Notes under the pieces: generated by a model
Database searches by the model: none
Seen by the model: the letters and a program-made list of their open reading frames with translations, nothing else
Told to the model about the DNA's origin: nothing
Translations under genes and position numbers: made by a program
Part shown: one piece after another, positions 19,858-28,941 of the stretch
Layout: every line of letters begins with the position of its first letter
How positions within the stretch are numbered: position 1 is the stretch's first letter
Assembly: GCA_040386535.1 (NCBI GenBank)
Contig: JAZKFH010000013.1
Coordinates: forward strand, 416,928 to 480,927
Length of the DNA: 64,000 nt
Reading direction: 5' to 3'
From: Myxococcota bacterium
Lineage (GTDB): Bacteria; Myxococcota_A; UBA796; SXON01

Positions 19858-19985
19858 GAGGAACTCCAGCAGTCAGGGAGAGAGGTGGTTCGGACCAAGG
19901 GGTGCGGAACAACACACCAGTACCACGACGCTGTACGGGCGCAAGCCCAGCAGCGCCAAAAAATGTCCGCATCCGAATGATTCGT

Positions 19986-21206
19986 TCAGGTGAGGGGCTC
20001 GACGGCTCGACGGAGAAGGTCGAGCGCGGCGCCGACGGTGAACATCAGGACCCGCTCCCGCTCGAAGGGGAGGTGGATCCGCTTGTGCGTGGTGCCGGCG
20101 GGCCCGGCGAGGGCGAGATGCACGGTGCCGACGGGCTTCTCGGGGGATCCGCCGCCGGGGCCCGCGATGCCGGTGACCGCCAGGCCCCACGTCGATCCGA
20201 CGCGCGCGCGAATCCCCTCGGCGAGGGCGCGCGCGACCGGCTCCGAGACCGCGCCGAACGTGGCGAGCACGTCGGGATCGACCCCGCATTGGCGCACCTT
20301 CTCGGCGTTCGAATAGACGATCGCCCCGCCGAGGAGGTAGTCGGAGGCGCCCGGGATGGCCCCGAGCGCCGCAGCGATCCGGCCGGCGGTGCAGCTCTCG
20401 GCGGTCGCGATGGTCTCGCCGCGGGTGCGCAGGTGCTGCCCGGCAACCTCGGCGAGCGAGCCCGAGTCGACGCCGAAGATCACGTCCCCCAGGCGATCGC
20501 GCACCTCCGCTACGAGCGGCGCGGCGTCGAGCTCCGGGGCGAGGTGCAGCTTCACGTGCACCTCGGGCATGTGCGCGCGGTAGCCGACGAGCACGCCGGG
20601 CCGCTCGAAGCCCTCCATCTTCTGCCCCGCGACCGACTCGGCGATCCCCATGCACCGGAGCACCACCGTGCGGCGCGGAGGCAGCGCGAACCGCGCACGG
20701 AGCTCGGGGATGACGTGCTCCGCCACCATCGCCTTCATCTCGTAGGGCACCCCGGGGAGGAAGTAGAGCACCGTGCCGCCCTCCTCCATCCGGAAGCCGG
20801 GCGCCGTGCCGAGCCGGTTCACCAGCACGCTGGCCCGGACAGGGAGCACCGCCTGCTTGCGGTTGGCGGGGGGCATCTCGCGCTTGCGGGCAAGGTAGCG
20901 CTCCTCGACCTGCGCGAGCGCCTCGGGGTTCGACGCGACGGCCTGCCCGAACGCGGCTGCGGCAGCTTCGCTCGTGAGGTCGTCCGACGTGGGGCCCAGG
21001 CCGCCGGTGCAGATGACCACCGACGCGTGCGCGGCGGCCTCGACGAAGACGGTGCGGATGTCGTCCAGCACGTCCCCCACGACGGTGATCCGCCCGGGTT
21101 CGAGGCCGATCTGCGCCAGCTCGTGGCAGATCCAGCCCGCGTTCGTGTCGACCGTGGAGCCCGAGAGGAGCTCCTCTCCCTGCGAGATCACGTCGAAGCG
21201 CGGCAT
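19986..21206 (-). CDS. cinA: Competence/damage-inducible protein CinA (MoCF + PncC domains)
   Basis: GEELLSG...DTN, TGGLGPTSDDLT, GTAPG, LPGVPYEM, TAESCTAG, GAVSE, TGIAGPGGG...KPVG. Confidence 0.95.
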   Translation of the reverse strand: MPRFDVISQGEELLSGSTVDTNAGWICHELAQIGLEPGRITVVGDVLDDIRTVFVEAAAHASVVICTGGLGPTSDDLTSEAAAAAFGQAVASNPEALAQVEERYLARKREMPPANRKQAVLPVRASVLVNRLGTAPGFRMEEGGTVLYFLPGVPYEMKAMVAEHVIPELRARFALPPRRTVVLRCMGIAESVAGQKMEGFERPGVLVGYRAHMPEVHVKLHLAPELDAAPLVAEVRDRLGDVIFGVDSGSLAEVAGQHLRTRGETIATAESCTAGRIAAALGAIPGASDYLLGGAIVYSNAEKVRQCGVDPDVLATFGAVSEPVARALAEGIRARVGSTWGLAVTGIAGPGGGSPEKPVGTVHLALAGPAGTTHKRIHLPFERERVLMFTVGAALDLLRRAVEPLT

Positions 21207-21226
21207 GCCGTCCGTTAACCGGGCGC

Positions 21227-21676
21227 ATGCGCGATAGCGGCCGAGTTCTGGCGCTCGACGTGGGGACCAAGACGATCGGCCTCGCCGTCTCCGACCCCAC
21301 GCGGCGAATGGTTTTCCCCTTGCGCACCGTGGCGCGGCGCTCGGTCGTGAAGGACACCGAGGAGATCGCGCGGGTCTGCGTCTCCCAGGGGATCACCCAG
21401 CTCGTCGTGGGGCTCCCGCTCACGCTCGACGGGGGCGAGGCGCGGTCCGCGCACCTCGCGCGCCAGGTGGGCGAGGCCGTCGCCGCGCGCACGGGGCTGC
21501 CGCACGCGTTCGTCGACGAGCGCTTCAGCACGATCGAAGCGGAGCGGCGCTTGCGTGAGGCGGGCGCCCCCGCGGGCCGCCGGAAGGAGGTCATCGATCA
21601 GTACGCGGCCGTCGTGATCCTGGAGGATTGGATCACGGCCTTCGGCCCATCCGCGGACGGGCCAGAAGCCGAGTGA
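21227..21676 (+). CDS. ruvX: YqgF/RuvX RNase H-like protein
   Basis: LALDVGTKTIGLAVSD, VVGLP, DERFST, IDQYAAVVILE. Confidence 0.93.
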   Translation: MRDSGRVLALDVGTKTIGLAVSDPTRRMVFPLRTVARRSVVKDTEEIARVCVSQGITQLVVGLPLTLDGGEARSAHLARQVGEAVAARTGLPHAFVDERFSTIEAERRLREAGAPAGRRKEVIDQYAAVVILEDWITAFGPSADGPEAE

Positions 21677-21688
21677 TAAGCTCGGGGG

Positions 21689-22960
21689 ATGCACCGTCCC
21701 CCGCACGCCTCCCACCCCCACGAACCCCAAGCCGGCGCCCGCAGCCTCCGGGTCCACGTGGTCACCGTCTCCACCTCGCGCACCGACGCCACAGACACGG
21801 CGGGGCCGCTCCTCCGCGAGCTCGTGGTGCAGTACGGCCACCTCGTCGCCGGACACACCCTCGTCGCGGACGATCCGGCCGCCATCGGCGCCGCCCTCGA
21901 CACGCTCCTGGGGGACCTCTCGGTCGAGGCCGTCGTGCTCACGGGGGGCACCGGCGTGAGCGCGCGGGACTGCACGCCCGCCGTGGTGCGTGAGCGCCTC
22001 GATCGCGAGCTTCCGGGCTTCGGCGAGCTCTTCCGGATGTTGTCCTGGCAGGAGGTCGGCGCCGCCGCCATGCTCTCCACGGCCGTCGGCGGGATCGCGC
22101 GCGGGCGGCCCGTGTTCGCGCTCCCCGGCTCCCCGAACGCCTGTCGCCTCGCGATGGAGAAGCTCATCCTGCCCGTGCTCGGCCACCTCGTGTCCGAGGT
22201 GTCGAAGGAGTCGCCGTTGCCGGTGAAGGGCGCCGCGGCGCAGAAGGCGGCGCCGGTAAAGCCCGCGGCGTCGAAGGGCACCCCGGCCCCGTCGCCCGCC
22301 AAGGGCGCCGAGGCCGGGCCGAGCGTCCCCACCAAGGGGATCGGCCTCACCGCCTCCGAGCCGGAGCCACCCCCCGCGCCCGGGCACGGGGACCTCGTCT
22401 CCCAGATGGTGAACACGGCCGAGCGCCCTCCCGAGGAGGACATCGCGACCGGCTGGCGTGCAGGCCTCCGCGCGTTGGGCGGCGAGCTCCGCCGCGGCTC
22501 CTTCGGCGAGATCCCCGAGTCGGTCGAGCGCATCGCCGCCGCGATGGACGTCTTGAACGCCGCGACCGACCGGGCAACGGTCGTGCTCCCCGACGGGCGC
22601 TCCTACGCCGCGTTCGGCTACCCCGATCTCGTGCGCAACGCGTCGAAGGTGCTCCTCGTCCGCGAGGCCGAGCCCTTCGCCGAGATCGTGGCCCTGCACC
22701 GGTGGCCCGTCCGCGTCGGCACCTGCATCGAGGGAGACGACGGCATCGCGCCCTCCTCCGATCTCGATCCCGGGCCGGTCTCGCAGGAGCGCACCGGCGC
22801 GCCGTTCCCCGGCGTCGGCTCCCTGTTCGCGGTCGAGGGCGCCTCGGTCTACGTCCTCCAGGGCCGCAAGGTCGCCCAATTCGACGGGCGCAACGTCGCG
22901 GACGGCTGGCCGCTCGCGTCCGCCGTCGGAACCCTGCTCCTCCATTGGAGCCAGCGGTAG
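21689..22960 (+). CDS. moaB: MoaB/MogA molybdopterin adenylyltransferase fused to an unknown C-terminal domain
   Basis: VVTVSTSR...D..G, TGGTGVSARDCTP, LPGFGELFR, LPGSPNAC; Pro/Ala/Lys linker then about 175 aa unrecognised domain. Confidence 0.85.
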   Translation: MHRPPHASHPHEPQAGARSLRVHVVTVSTSRTDATDTAGPLLRELVVQYGHLVAGHTLVADDPAAIGAALDTLLGDLSVEAVVLTGGTGVSARDCTPAVVRERLDRELPGFGELFRMLSWQEVGAAAMLSTAVGGIARGRPVFALPGSPNACRLAMEKLILPVLGHLVSEVSKESPLPVKGAAAQKAAPVKPAASKGTPAPSPAKGAEAGPSVPTKGIGLTASEPEPPPAPGHGDLVSQMVNTAERPPEEDIATGWRAGLRALGGELRRGSFGEIPESVERIAAAMDVLNAATDRATVVLPDGRSYAAFGYPDLVRNASKVLLVREAEPFAEIVALHRWPVRVGTCIEGDDGIAPSSDLDPGPVSQERTGAPFPGVGSLFAVEGASVYVLQGRKVAQFDGRNVADGWPLASAVGTLLLHWSQR

Positions 22961-23004
22961 GGGCGCCCACACGTCGCGGCTGCCGACAGCGTTAAGAGGG
23001 CCGC

Positions 23005-24147
23005 ATGGATCCTCTCACCCTCCTCGAGCCCGCCGCCACGCGCGTTCGTGACCCCCTCACGGGCCGCTCCGTCTGGCTCGCCGGCCTCATCCAGGACGCT
23101 CGCATCGAGGGCGACACCCTGCGGTTCACCCTCGCGTGCAAGAAAGAGCACAGCGCCGACGATCGCGCGCGAATCCGAGAGGCCGTGCTCCGCAACCTCG
23201 CCGAGGCGTGGAAGGGGGAGGTCGCGTGCACCGTCCGCGTCGAGGGCGTCGCGAAGCCGCCGATGGCTGCCACCGCGGCCGCCACGGCCGGCGCCGGAGG
23301 GCACGGTCACGACCACGGGCACGACCACGGCGGCCCGAAGAAGGACCCCGTGCGCGGCATGACCGGTGGCGGCATGCAGCCTCACGGCGGCCCGATCGCC
23401 AAGGCGCCGCTCCCGGGCGTCAAGCACATCATCGCCGTGGCCTCGGGCAAGGGCGGCGTCGGCAAGAGCACGGTGGCGACCAACCTCGCCGTCGGGCTCG
23501 CCAAGGCGGGGTACTCGGTCGGCCTGCTCGACGCGGACATCTACGGGCCGTCGCTCCCGTTGATGATGCACGTGACCGGGAAGCCGTTGGCGAACGCCGA
23601 CAAGAAGATCGTCCCCCTCGTCGCGCACGGCGTGAAGTGTATGTCGATCGGTTTTCTGGTCGACGACAAGGAGCCCATCATCTGGCGCGGCCCGATGGTC
23701 ATGGGGGTCATCAACCAGTTCTTCAAGGATGTCGACTGGGGCGCCACGGACTACCTCATCATCGATCTGCCCCCCGGCACCGGTGACGCGCAGCTCACGA
23801 TGGTCCAGGCCGTGCCCCTCTCCGGCGGCATCATCGTGACCACGCCCCAGCCGGTGGCCCTGCTCGACGCGGTGCGCGGGCTGGAGATGTTCCGGAAGCT
23901 CGACGTGCCGCTGCTCGGCGTGGTCGAGAACATGTCCTACTACGACGTGGGCGGCGCGCGGCTCCACCCCTTCGGCGAGGGCGGCGGAAAGCGGCTCGCG
24001 GAGGAGTACCAGGTCGAGCTGCTCGGCCAGGTGCCGCTCAAGGACACCACCCGCGCCGCGGGGGACGCCGGCCGGCCCGTCGTACTCGAGGGGGATCCCG
24101 TCTTCGTCGCGCTCGCCACGCGGATCGCCGAGCTGTTGCCCGCATGA
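23005..24147 (+). CDS. mrp: Mrp/ApbC (NBP35 family) P-loop ATPase
   Basis: N-terminal DUF59-like DPLTGRS; ASGKGGVGKST; DADIYGPS; WRGPM; DLPPGTGD; TTPQ; ENMS. Confidence 0.93.
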   Translation: MDPLTLLEPAATRVRDPLTGRSVWLAGLIQDARIEGDTLRFTLACKKEHSADDRARIREAVLRNLAEAWKGEVACTVRVEGVAKPPMAATAAATAGAGGHGHDHGHDHGGPKKDPVRGMTGGGMQPHGGPIAKAPLPGVKHIIAVASGKGGVGKSTVATNLAVGLAKAGYSVGLLDADIYGPSLPLMMHVTGKPLANADKKIVPLVAHGVKCMSIGFLVDDKEPIIWRGPMVMGVINQFFKDVDWGATDYLIIDLPPGTGDAQLTMVQAVPLSGGIIVTTPQPVALLDAVRGLEMFRKLDVPLLGVVENMSYYDVGGARLHPFGEGGGKRLAEEYQVELLGQVPLKDTTRAAGDAGRPVVLEGDPVFVALATRIAELLPA

Positions 24148-25145
24148 GCGACCCGGGGCGGCCCACGCGCGCCGGGCTGCTCGACCGGTTCGGTCGTCAG
24201 CACACCTACCTCCGCGTGAGCGTCACGGACCGGTGCAACTACCGGTGCGTGTACTGCATGCCGGAGGAGGGGTTGAACTGGCTGCCCCGCGCGGAGCTGT
24301 TGACCTACGAGGAGATCGCCCGGATCGTCGGCATCTTCGCTGGCATGGGCGTCCGCCGCGTGCGCCTCACCGGTGGCGAGCCCACGGTGCGTCGTGACAT
24401 CGGGGCGCTCGTGGGCGCGGTCGCGTCCGTGCCAGGCATCGATGATGTCGCGATGACCACGAACGGGCACACCCTCGCGAAGCAGGCGGCCATGCTTGCC
24501 GGCAAGGGGCTCCGGCGCGTGAACGTGTCGCTCGACTCGCTCGATCCAGGCCGCTTCGCAAAGCTCACCCGGGGCGGACGCCTCGATCTGGTGCTCGAGG
24601 GCATCGCCGCCGCGCGCGCCGCCGGGCTCACCCCCATCAAGATCAACATGGTCGTGATGAAGGGGGAGAACGACGACGAGGTCGTCTCGATGGCGCGCCA
24701 CTTCCTGCCCGACGCGGCGGACACCGTGCTCCGTTTCATCGAGTACATGCCGTTCGAAGCGCGGTGGCACGCGAGCACGACCGCCGCGGAGATGCGCACG
24801 CGCCTCGCGACGATCGCGCCGGTCGAGCCCTGCGACGAGACGCTCGGCGGCGGCCCCGCGCGCTACTGGCGGGTCGGCGCGCTCCGCGTCGGCTTCATCG
24901 CGCCCCTCACCGAACACTTCTGCGCGTCGTGCAACCGGCTGCGCCTGCTCGCCGACGGGCACCTGCGCACCTGCCTCGCGCACGAGGACACGCCGAGCCT
25001 GCGCGATCTCGTGCGGAGCGGCGCTTCTGACGCTTCGATCGCCGAAACCATCCGTACCATCGTACGCGGCAAGCCCGCCGGACACGAGGCGGAGACCGAC
25101 GGAGGGCGATTGTTCGAGGGCGTGATGACCGGGATCGGCGGTTAG
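24144..25145 (+). CDS. moaA: GTP 3',8-cyclase MoaA
   Basis: YLRVSVTDRCNYRCVYC, RLTGGEP, FCASCNRLR, C-terminal GG; ATGA overlap with mrp. Confidence 0.97.
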   Translation: MSDPGRPTRAGLLDRFGRQHTYLRVSVTDRCNYRCVYCMPEEGLNWLPRAELLTYEEIARIVGIFAGMGVRRVRLTGGEPTVRRDIGALVGAVASVPGIDDVAMTTNGHTLAKQAAMLAGKGLRRVNVSLDSLDPGRFAKLTRGGRLDLVLEGIAAARAAGLTPIKINMVVMKGENDDEVVSMARHFLPDAADTVLRFIEYMPFEARWHASTTAAEMRTRLATIAPVEPCDETLGGGPARYWRVGALRVGFIAPLTEHFCASCNRLRLLADGHLRTCLAHEDTPSLRDLVRSGASDASIAETIRTIVRGKPAGHEAETDGGRLFEGVMTGIGG

Positions 25146-25219
25146 CCGAGGCGCTCGTCGCGGATCGTCGAGGCAGACCCCCTCGACGCGGGGGCAGCGG
25201 TTGCGCTACGCTGGCGGCG

Positions 25220-26086
25220 ATGCTGCTCCTCGTCGCCGCGGCCTGGGCCGCCTTTCCGGAAGACGTGTCCCTCACCGAGATGGACGAGTTCGCCGGCGCC
25301 TCCACCTACCTGCCGGACTCGACCCAGGCTGGGAACGATTTTGTCGTGACCGGCTACCAGACCATGGTGAAGGAGCTCGGGACCGCCATCGCCAACAAGC
25401 CGATGGCGCCCGGTGAGTCCCTCGGGATCAACGGCTTCCAGGTCGGGATCGCCAACACGTTCGCCTTCGTGCGCACAGGCAGCACCGACGGTACGCACCC
25501 CACCGGGTGGGACCTCGCCGACAAGGACGAGGATCCCCAGACCTACCTGTTCATCCCGTGGCTCCAGGTGCGCAAGGGGCTGCCCGCCTCGCTCGAGATC
25601 GGCGCCAACGCGGGCTGGATCGGCCTGACGCGCACCGGCGTGTTCGGCGTTTACGGGCGCTGGTCGGTGGTCGAGGGCTACCGTCGCATCCCGGATGTCG
25701 CGCTGCAGGTCGGCTACGCCGGCTACGTCGGCAACGACGAGCTCGAGCTGGGCGTGATGGACATGTCCGCCACCATCGGGTACTCGCTTCCGTTCGGCGT
25801 CACCGAGGGGATCAACCAGGCCGTGTTCAGCCCGTATGTCGGCATCGGCCTGAACCGGATCCACGCGGCGCCCCGGGGCGATCTGTCGCGTACCGATCTG
25901 GAGGGCCGCATCACCGAGGTGACCGGCTTCAAGGCGGACACCGAACACTTCGTCGAGGGCTTCGTGCCCATGCAGCTCGACGGCGGCTTCCGCATCACCA
26001 ACGGGGACTTCTCGGCGACCCTCGCCGCGACCTACTCGCCCGGCCTGATCGCGACGGTCAACCTGGGGTTCGGCTTCGTCTACTGA
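25220..26086 (+). CDS. Putative outer-membrane beta-barrel protein
   Basis: Short signal peptide MLLLVAAAWA; amphipathic strands; aromatic C-terminus NLGFGFVY. Confidence 0.65.
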   Translation: MLLLVAAAWAAFPEDVSLTEMDEFAGASTYLPDSTQAGNDFVVTGYQTMVKELGTAIANKPMAPGESLGINGFQVGIANTFAFVRTGSTDGTHPTGWDLADKDEDPQTYLFIPWLQVRKGLPASLEIGANAGWIGLTRTGVFGVYGRWSVVEGYRRIPDVALQVGYAGYVGNDELELGVMDMSATIGYSLPFGVTEGINQAVFSPYVGIGLNRIHAAPRGDLSRTDLEGRITEVTGFKADTEHFVEGFVPMQLDGGFRITNGDFSATLAATYSPGLIATVNLGFGFVY

Positions 26087-26150
26087 CGCGACTCGCGCGA
26101 CTGACAGGATTGGCGGTCGGTCCGGGCCTACCGGTTAGGCACGTGAACCC

Positions 26151-28457
26151 GTGATCCTCCCCCTCCTCGTCGCGCCGCCCGCGCTTGCCCTCCAGATCGA
26201 GGTCCGCGCCGAGGTCTCGCCGGATCTGCGCACCATCCGCGGCACGCTCCGGGTGGACGAGCCCGTCGTGTTCGTGGACCCGCTCGCGGCGCTTCCGGCG
26301 CCACCCGACGATCGCACGCTGTTCCGCACGTTCCCGGGGGCGGCGGACCCCGGCGCGATGACGTGGGCCGAGGATCCGGCCGTCCCGGGCACCTGGCGCT
26401 TCGAGACGCGACTCCCGGTCCGCTACGGCGACCTCGGCGTGCTCCCGGGGGACGGGGCGTGGGCCAACGGCGGCTGGTATCCGCAGCCCGTCGGGGAGCA
26501 TGGCGAGGCGCGGGTCGCGACGTGGACGGTGGACGTGACGCTGCCCGAGGGCGTGGTCGGCGTGCTCAACGGGGCGGTGGGCGAGACGGCGCTCGCATGG
26601 CGAGGCACCTCCGATCGCGCCGCGCTGGCCGTGATCGTGGGGGCGCGCGTCACGGAGCTGCCGGTGCGGGCCGGGGTCGTGCGCTTCGTCGAGCGGAACG
26701 GGAAGGAGCGCGCCGTCGCGAAGCTCCTGACGCAGGTCGTGGACGACGCGTGGCCGCTCGCCACGCCGCCGGACCTCACGGTTGTCGAGGATCTCGATCT
26801 GCTGCGGCTCGCGCGCGCCGCGCCCGGCACCGTGTTCCTCTCCGACCGGACCTTCCGCCTCTCGCCGGGGTTCCTGCGGCCCTACCACGTAGGCGCGGTG
26901 CGACGGGAGGTGGCGGCGGCCGCGTTGCAGGCCCAGAGTGCCTCCGCGGCCGAAGGCGCTCCAACCGATTTCGCCGACGGCTGGATGCGCGACTTCGGCG
27001 CCGCCGCCCTCTCCGCGGAGCTGCCTTCTCCCTCCGTCCGCAAGCTCCTGGGCTGGTTCTCGTGGAACCCGGTCATCGACGCCTTGCTCTACGACGGCAC
27101 GCTGCCCTACTTCGCCGACGTGTTCGACGAGCCGTTCGGCGGCCCGCCGGGCGTGCTCGACGTGCTCGGCGGGCGCATCCCGGGCCGCGCGGCCGCCGTC
27201 CAGCTCGACGATCTGCGCGGGAAGGGCACGGCCGCTGCTCTGACCCGCCGCCTGCTCGCCGGCGACACCCTGCTCGACGCGACGGCGGCGCTCGACGTGC
27301 CCCCCGCGCTCGTGGACGCGTGGCGCGCGCCGTACCCCGATACCCAGGACTACGTCGTGCGCGTGGACGTCACCGGCGCGCGCGTCGAACGCCACGCCCC
27401 TGACGACGCGCCGCCCGAGGTCGTCGTGGTGCAGGTCGACGGCGAGCGGCAGCCCGCCTGGCTCACCGGCACGGGGCCGGACGCGCTGCCCCTGGTCTCC
27501 GGGAAGGAGCCGCGGCCCACCGCCGTGCGCGTCGATCCGGATGGCCATGTCCGCGAGTCCGACCTCGCCAACGATCGGTGGCCGGTGAAGTGGACCCTCG
27601 TGGTCAACGGCGGCATCTACAACATCAACCCCTCGCAGCACTCGTTCGATCTCGCCGCGGACCTGCTGTTCCGCCGTCGCAACGACAGCCGAAACCTCTA
27701 CCTGTTGAGCTTCGATCACGACGCGCAGGACCTCCTCTCCGTGAGCGCGGGCTGGGTGCGGTGGCTCGGTCCGCTCGTCGATCGCCGCACCCGCACGCAC
27801 CGCCTCTCGTTCTTCGCGGGTCCGTCCCTGCTCGATCCGGCGTTCCGCCCCACCGATCGGGGCGCCGTCGCGCTCGGCGCCGCGGCCGGGTACGCCTGGG
27901 ATACGCGCACCGACGAGTACTTCGCGCTCTCCGGCCATCGCCTCGCGCTCTCGGTCGGCGGCGGGCTGGTGCCGCAGAGCGACGATCGATGGGCGAGCGC
28001 GTCGGTGCTCGGCGTCAAGCTGCTCTCGCCCCACCCGCGGCACGTCTTCGCCGTCAAGGCCAAGGTGGGCATCGCGACGGGCGCGGTCGAGCACCGCCTC
28101 CTCCCGCTCGGCGGGGGAGGGGACGTGCGCGCGATCCCCGAGGCCGCGATCGTTGGGAACCAGCGTGTGAACGGCTCGTTCGAGTACCGCTGGGCGCCGC
28201 TCCGCAACGCGTCGATCCCGCTGCCCCTCCTCTGGCTCTCGGAGCTGCACCTCTCCCCGGGCGTCGACGCGGGCGTGGTGTGGCGGGACGGGGAGCGCCA
28301 CGCCGCGGTCGGCGCCGCGCTCGGTGCGCACGTCATCACGGAGCTCCTCGGCGCGAAGGGCTCGCTCGCCGGGGTCACCGTCGCGGCGCCGCTGTGGACG
28401 GACGGGGTCGACACGGATGGGCTACAGCTCTACATCGACTTCAGTCACGCCTTCTGA
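26151..28457 (+). CDS. Secreted protein: M1-aminopeptidase-like N-terminal region + Omp85 (BamA/TamA)-type barrel
   Basis: Signal peptide; GWYPQP...WTVDVTLP and VRVDPDGHVRESDLAND (M1-like); YAWDTR, LGGGGDVRAI, GNQRVNGSFEYR and terminal ..HAF (Omp85-like). Confidence 0.65.
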   Translation: MILPLLVAPPALALQIEVRAEVSPDLRTIRGTLRVDEPVVFVDPLAALPAPPDDRTLFRTFPGAADPGAMTWAEDPAVPGTWRFETRLPVRYGDLGVLPGDGAWANGGWYPQPVGEHGEARVATWTVDVTLPEGVVGVLNGAVGETALAWRGTSDRAALAVIVGARVTELPVRAGVVRFVERNGKERAVAKLLTQVVDDAWPLATPPDLTVVEDLDLLRLARAAPGTVFLSDRTFRLSPGFLRPYHVGAVRREVAAAALQAQSASAAEGAPTDFADGWMRDFGAAALSAELPSPSVRKLLGWFSWNPVIDALLYDGTLPYFADVFDEPFGGPPGVLDVLGGRIPGRAAAVQLDDLRGKGTAAALTRRLLAGDTLLDATAALDVPPALVDAWRAPYPDTQDYVVRVDVTGARVERHAPDDAPPEVVVVQVDGERQPAWLTGTGPDALPLVSGKEPRPTAVRVDPDGHVRESDLANDRWPVKWTLVVNGGIYNINPSQHSFDLAADLLFRRRNDSRNLYLLSFDHDAQDLLSVSAGWVRWLGPLVDRRTRTHRLSFFAGPSLLDPAFRPTDRGAVALGAAAGYAWDTRTDEYFALSGHRLALSVGGGLVPQSDDRWASASVLGVKLLSPHPRHVFAVKAKVGIATGAVEHRLLPLGGGGDVRAIPEAAIVGNQRVNGSFEYRWAPLRNASIPLPLLWLSELHLSPGVDAGVVWRDGERHAAVGAALGAHVITELLGAKGSLAGVTVAAPLWTDGVDTDGLQLYIDFSHAF

Positions 28458-28502
28458 AGCCCACGTCTCACGACCCGCGACCTCGAATCCGGAGGATCTC
28501 CC

Positions 28503-28877
28503 ATGCTCCTGCTCACCCTCTTGCTGGCCGGCTGTGACCTCGAGAAGCTCGGCGCCTACACCTGCGACGAGTATTGCGACCAGGTGCTCTCGAAGACCTC
28601 CGACTGCGCCGAGGAGGCCGCCCAGCAGGAGTGTCTGGACGCCGGCGGCACCGATTGTGACGTGTTCACCGAGGAGCAGCTCGCCGAGTACGCCTCGACC
28701 GCGCGCGAAGACTGGGCCGAGTCCAGCCGCGCCGAGATGGTCGCCTCTTGCCAGGCCGACATCGAGAAGGCCGAGAAGAAGGACAGCGCGTGCCAGGCGG
28801 AGACCGCCACGATCAACAACCTGACGTGTGATCAGATCCTCGACACGCTCTCCGCGATCGCGACGGCCGCGCAATAG
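28503..28877 (+). CDS. Small Cys-rich lipoprotein
   Basis: Lipobox LLAG-C; 8 further Cys; SD GGAGG. Confidence 0.8.
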   Translation: MLLLTLLLAGCDLEKLGAYTCDEYCDQVLSKTSDCAEEAAQQECLDAGGTDCDVFTEEQLAEYASTAREDWAESSRAEMVASCQADIEKAEKKDSACQAETATINNLTCDQILDTLSAIATAAQ

Positions 28878-28941
28878 CGCCGATCGGGGCGGCGCGAAGT
28901 CCGCCCTACTCTTGGCGCGTCAATGGCGCTAAGCTCTCTCC

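Noticed and set aside
19858..19985. LexA box upstream of recA
   Set aside because: Only a weak partial resemblance (CTG...TGTTCCG) to the myxobacterial motif, with many mismatches; no E. coli, Gram-positive or alphaproteobacterial box.
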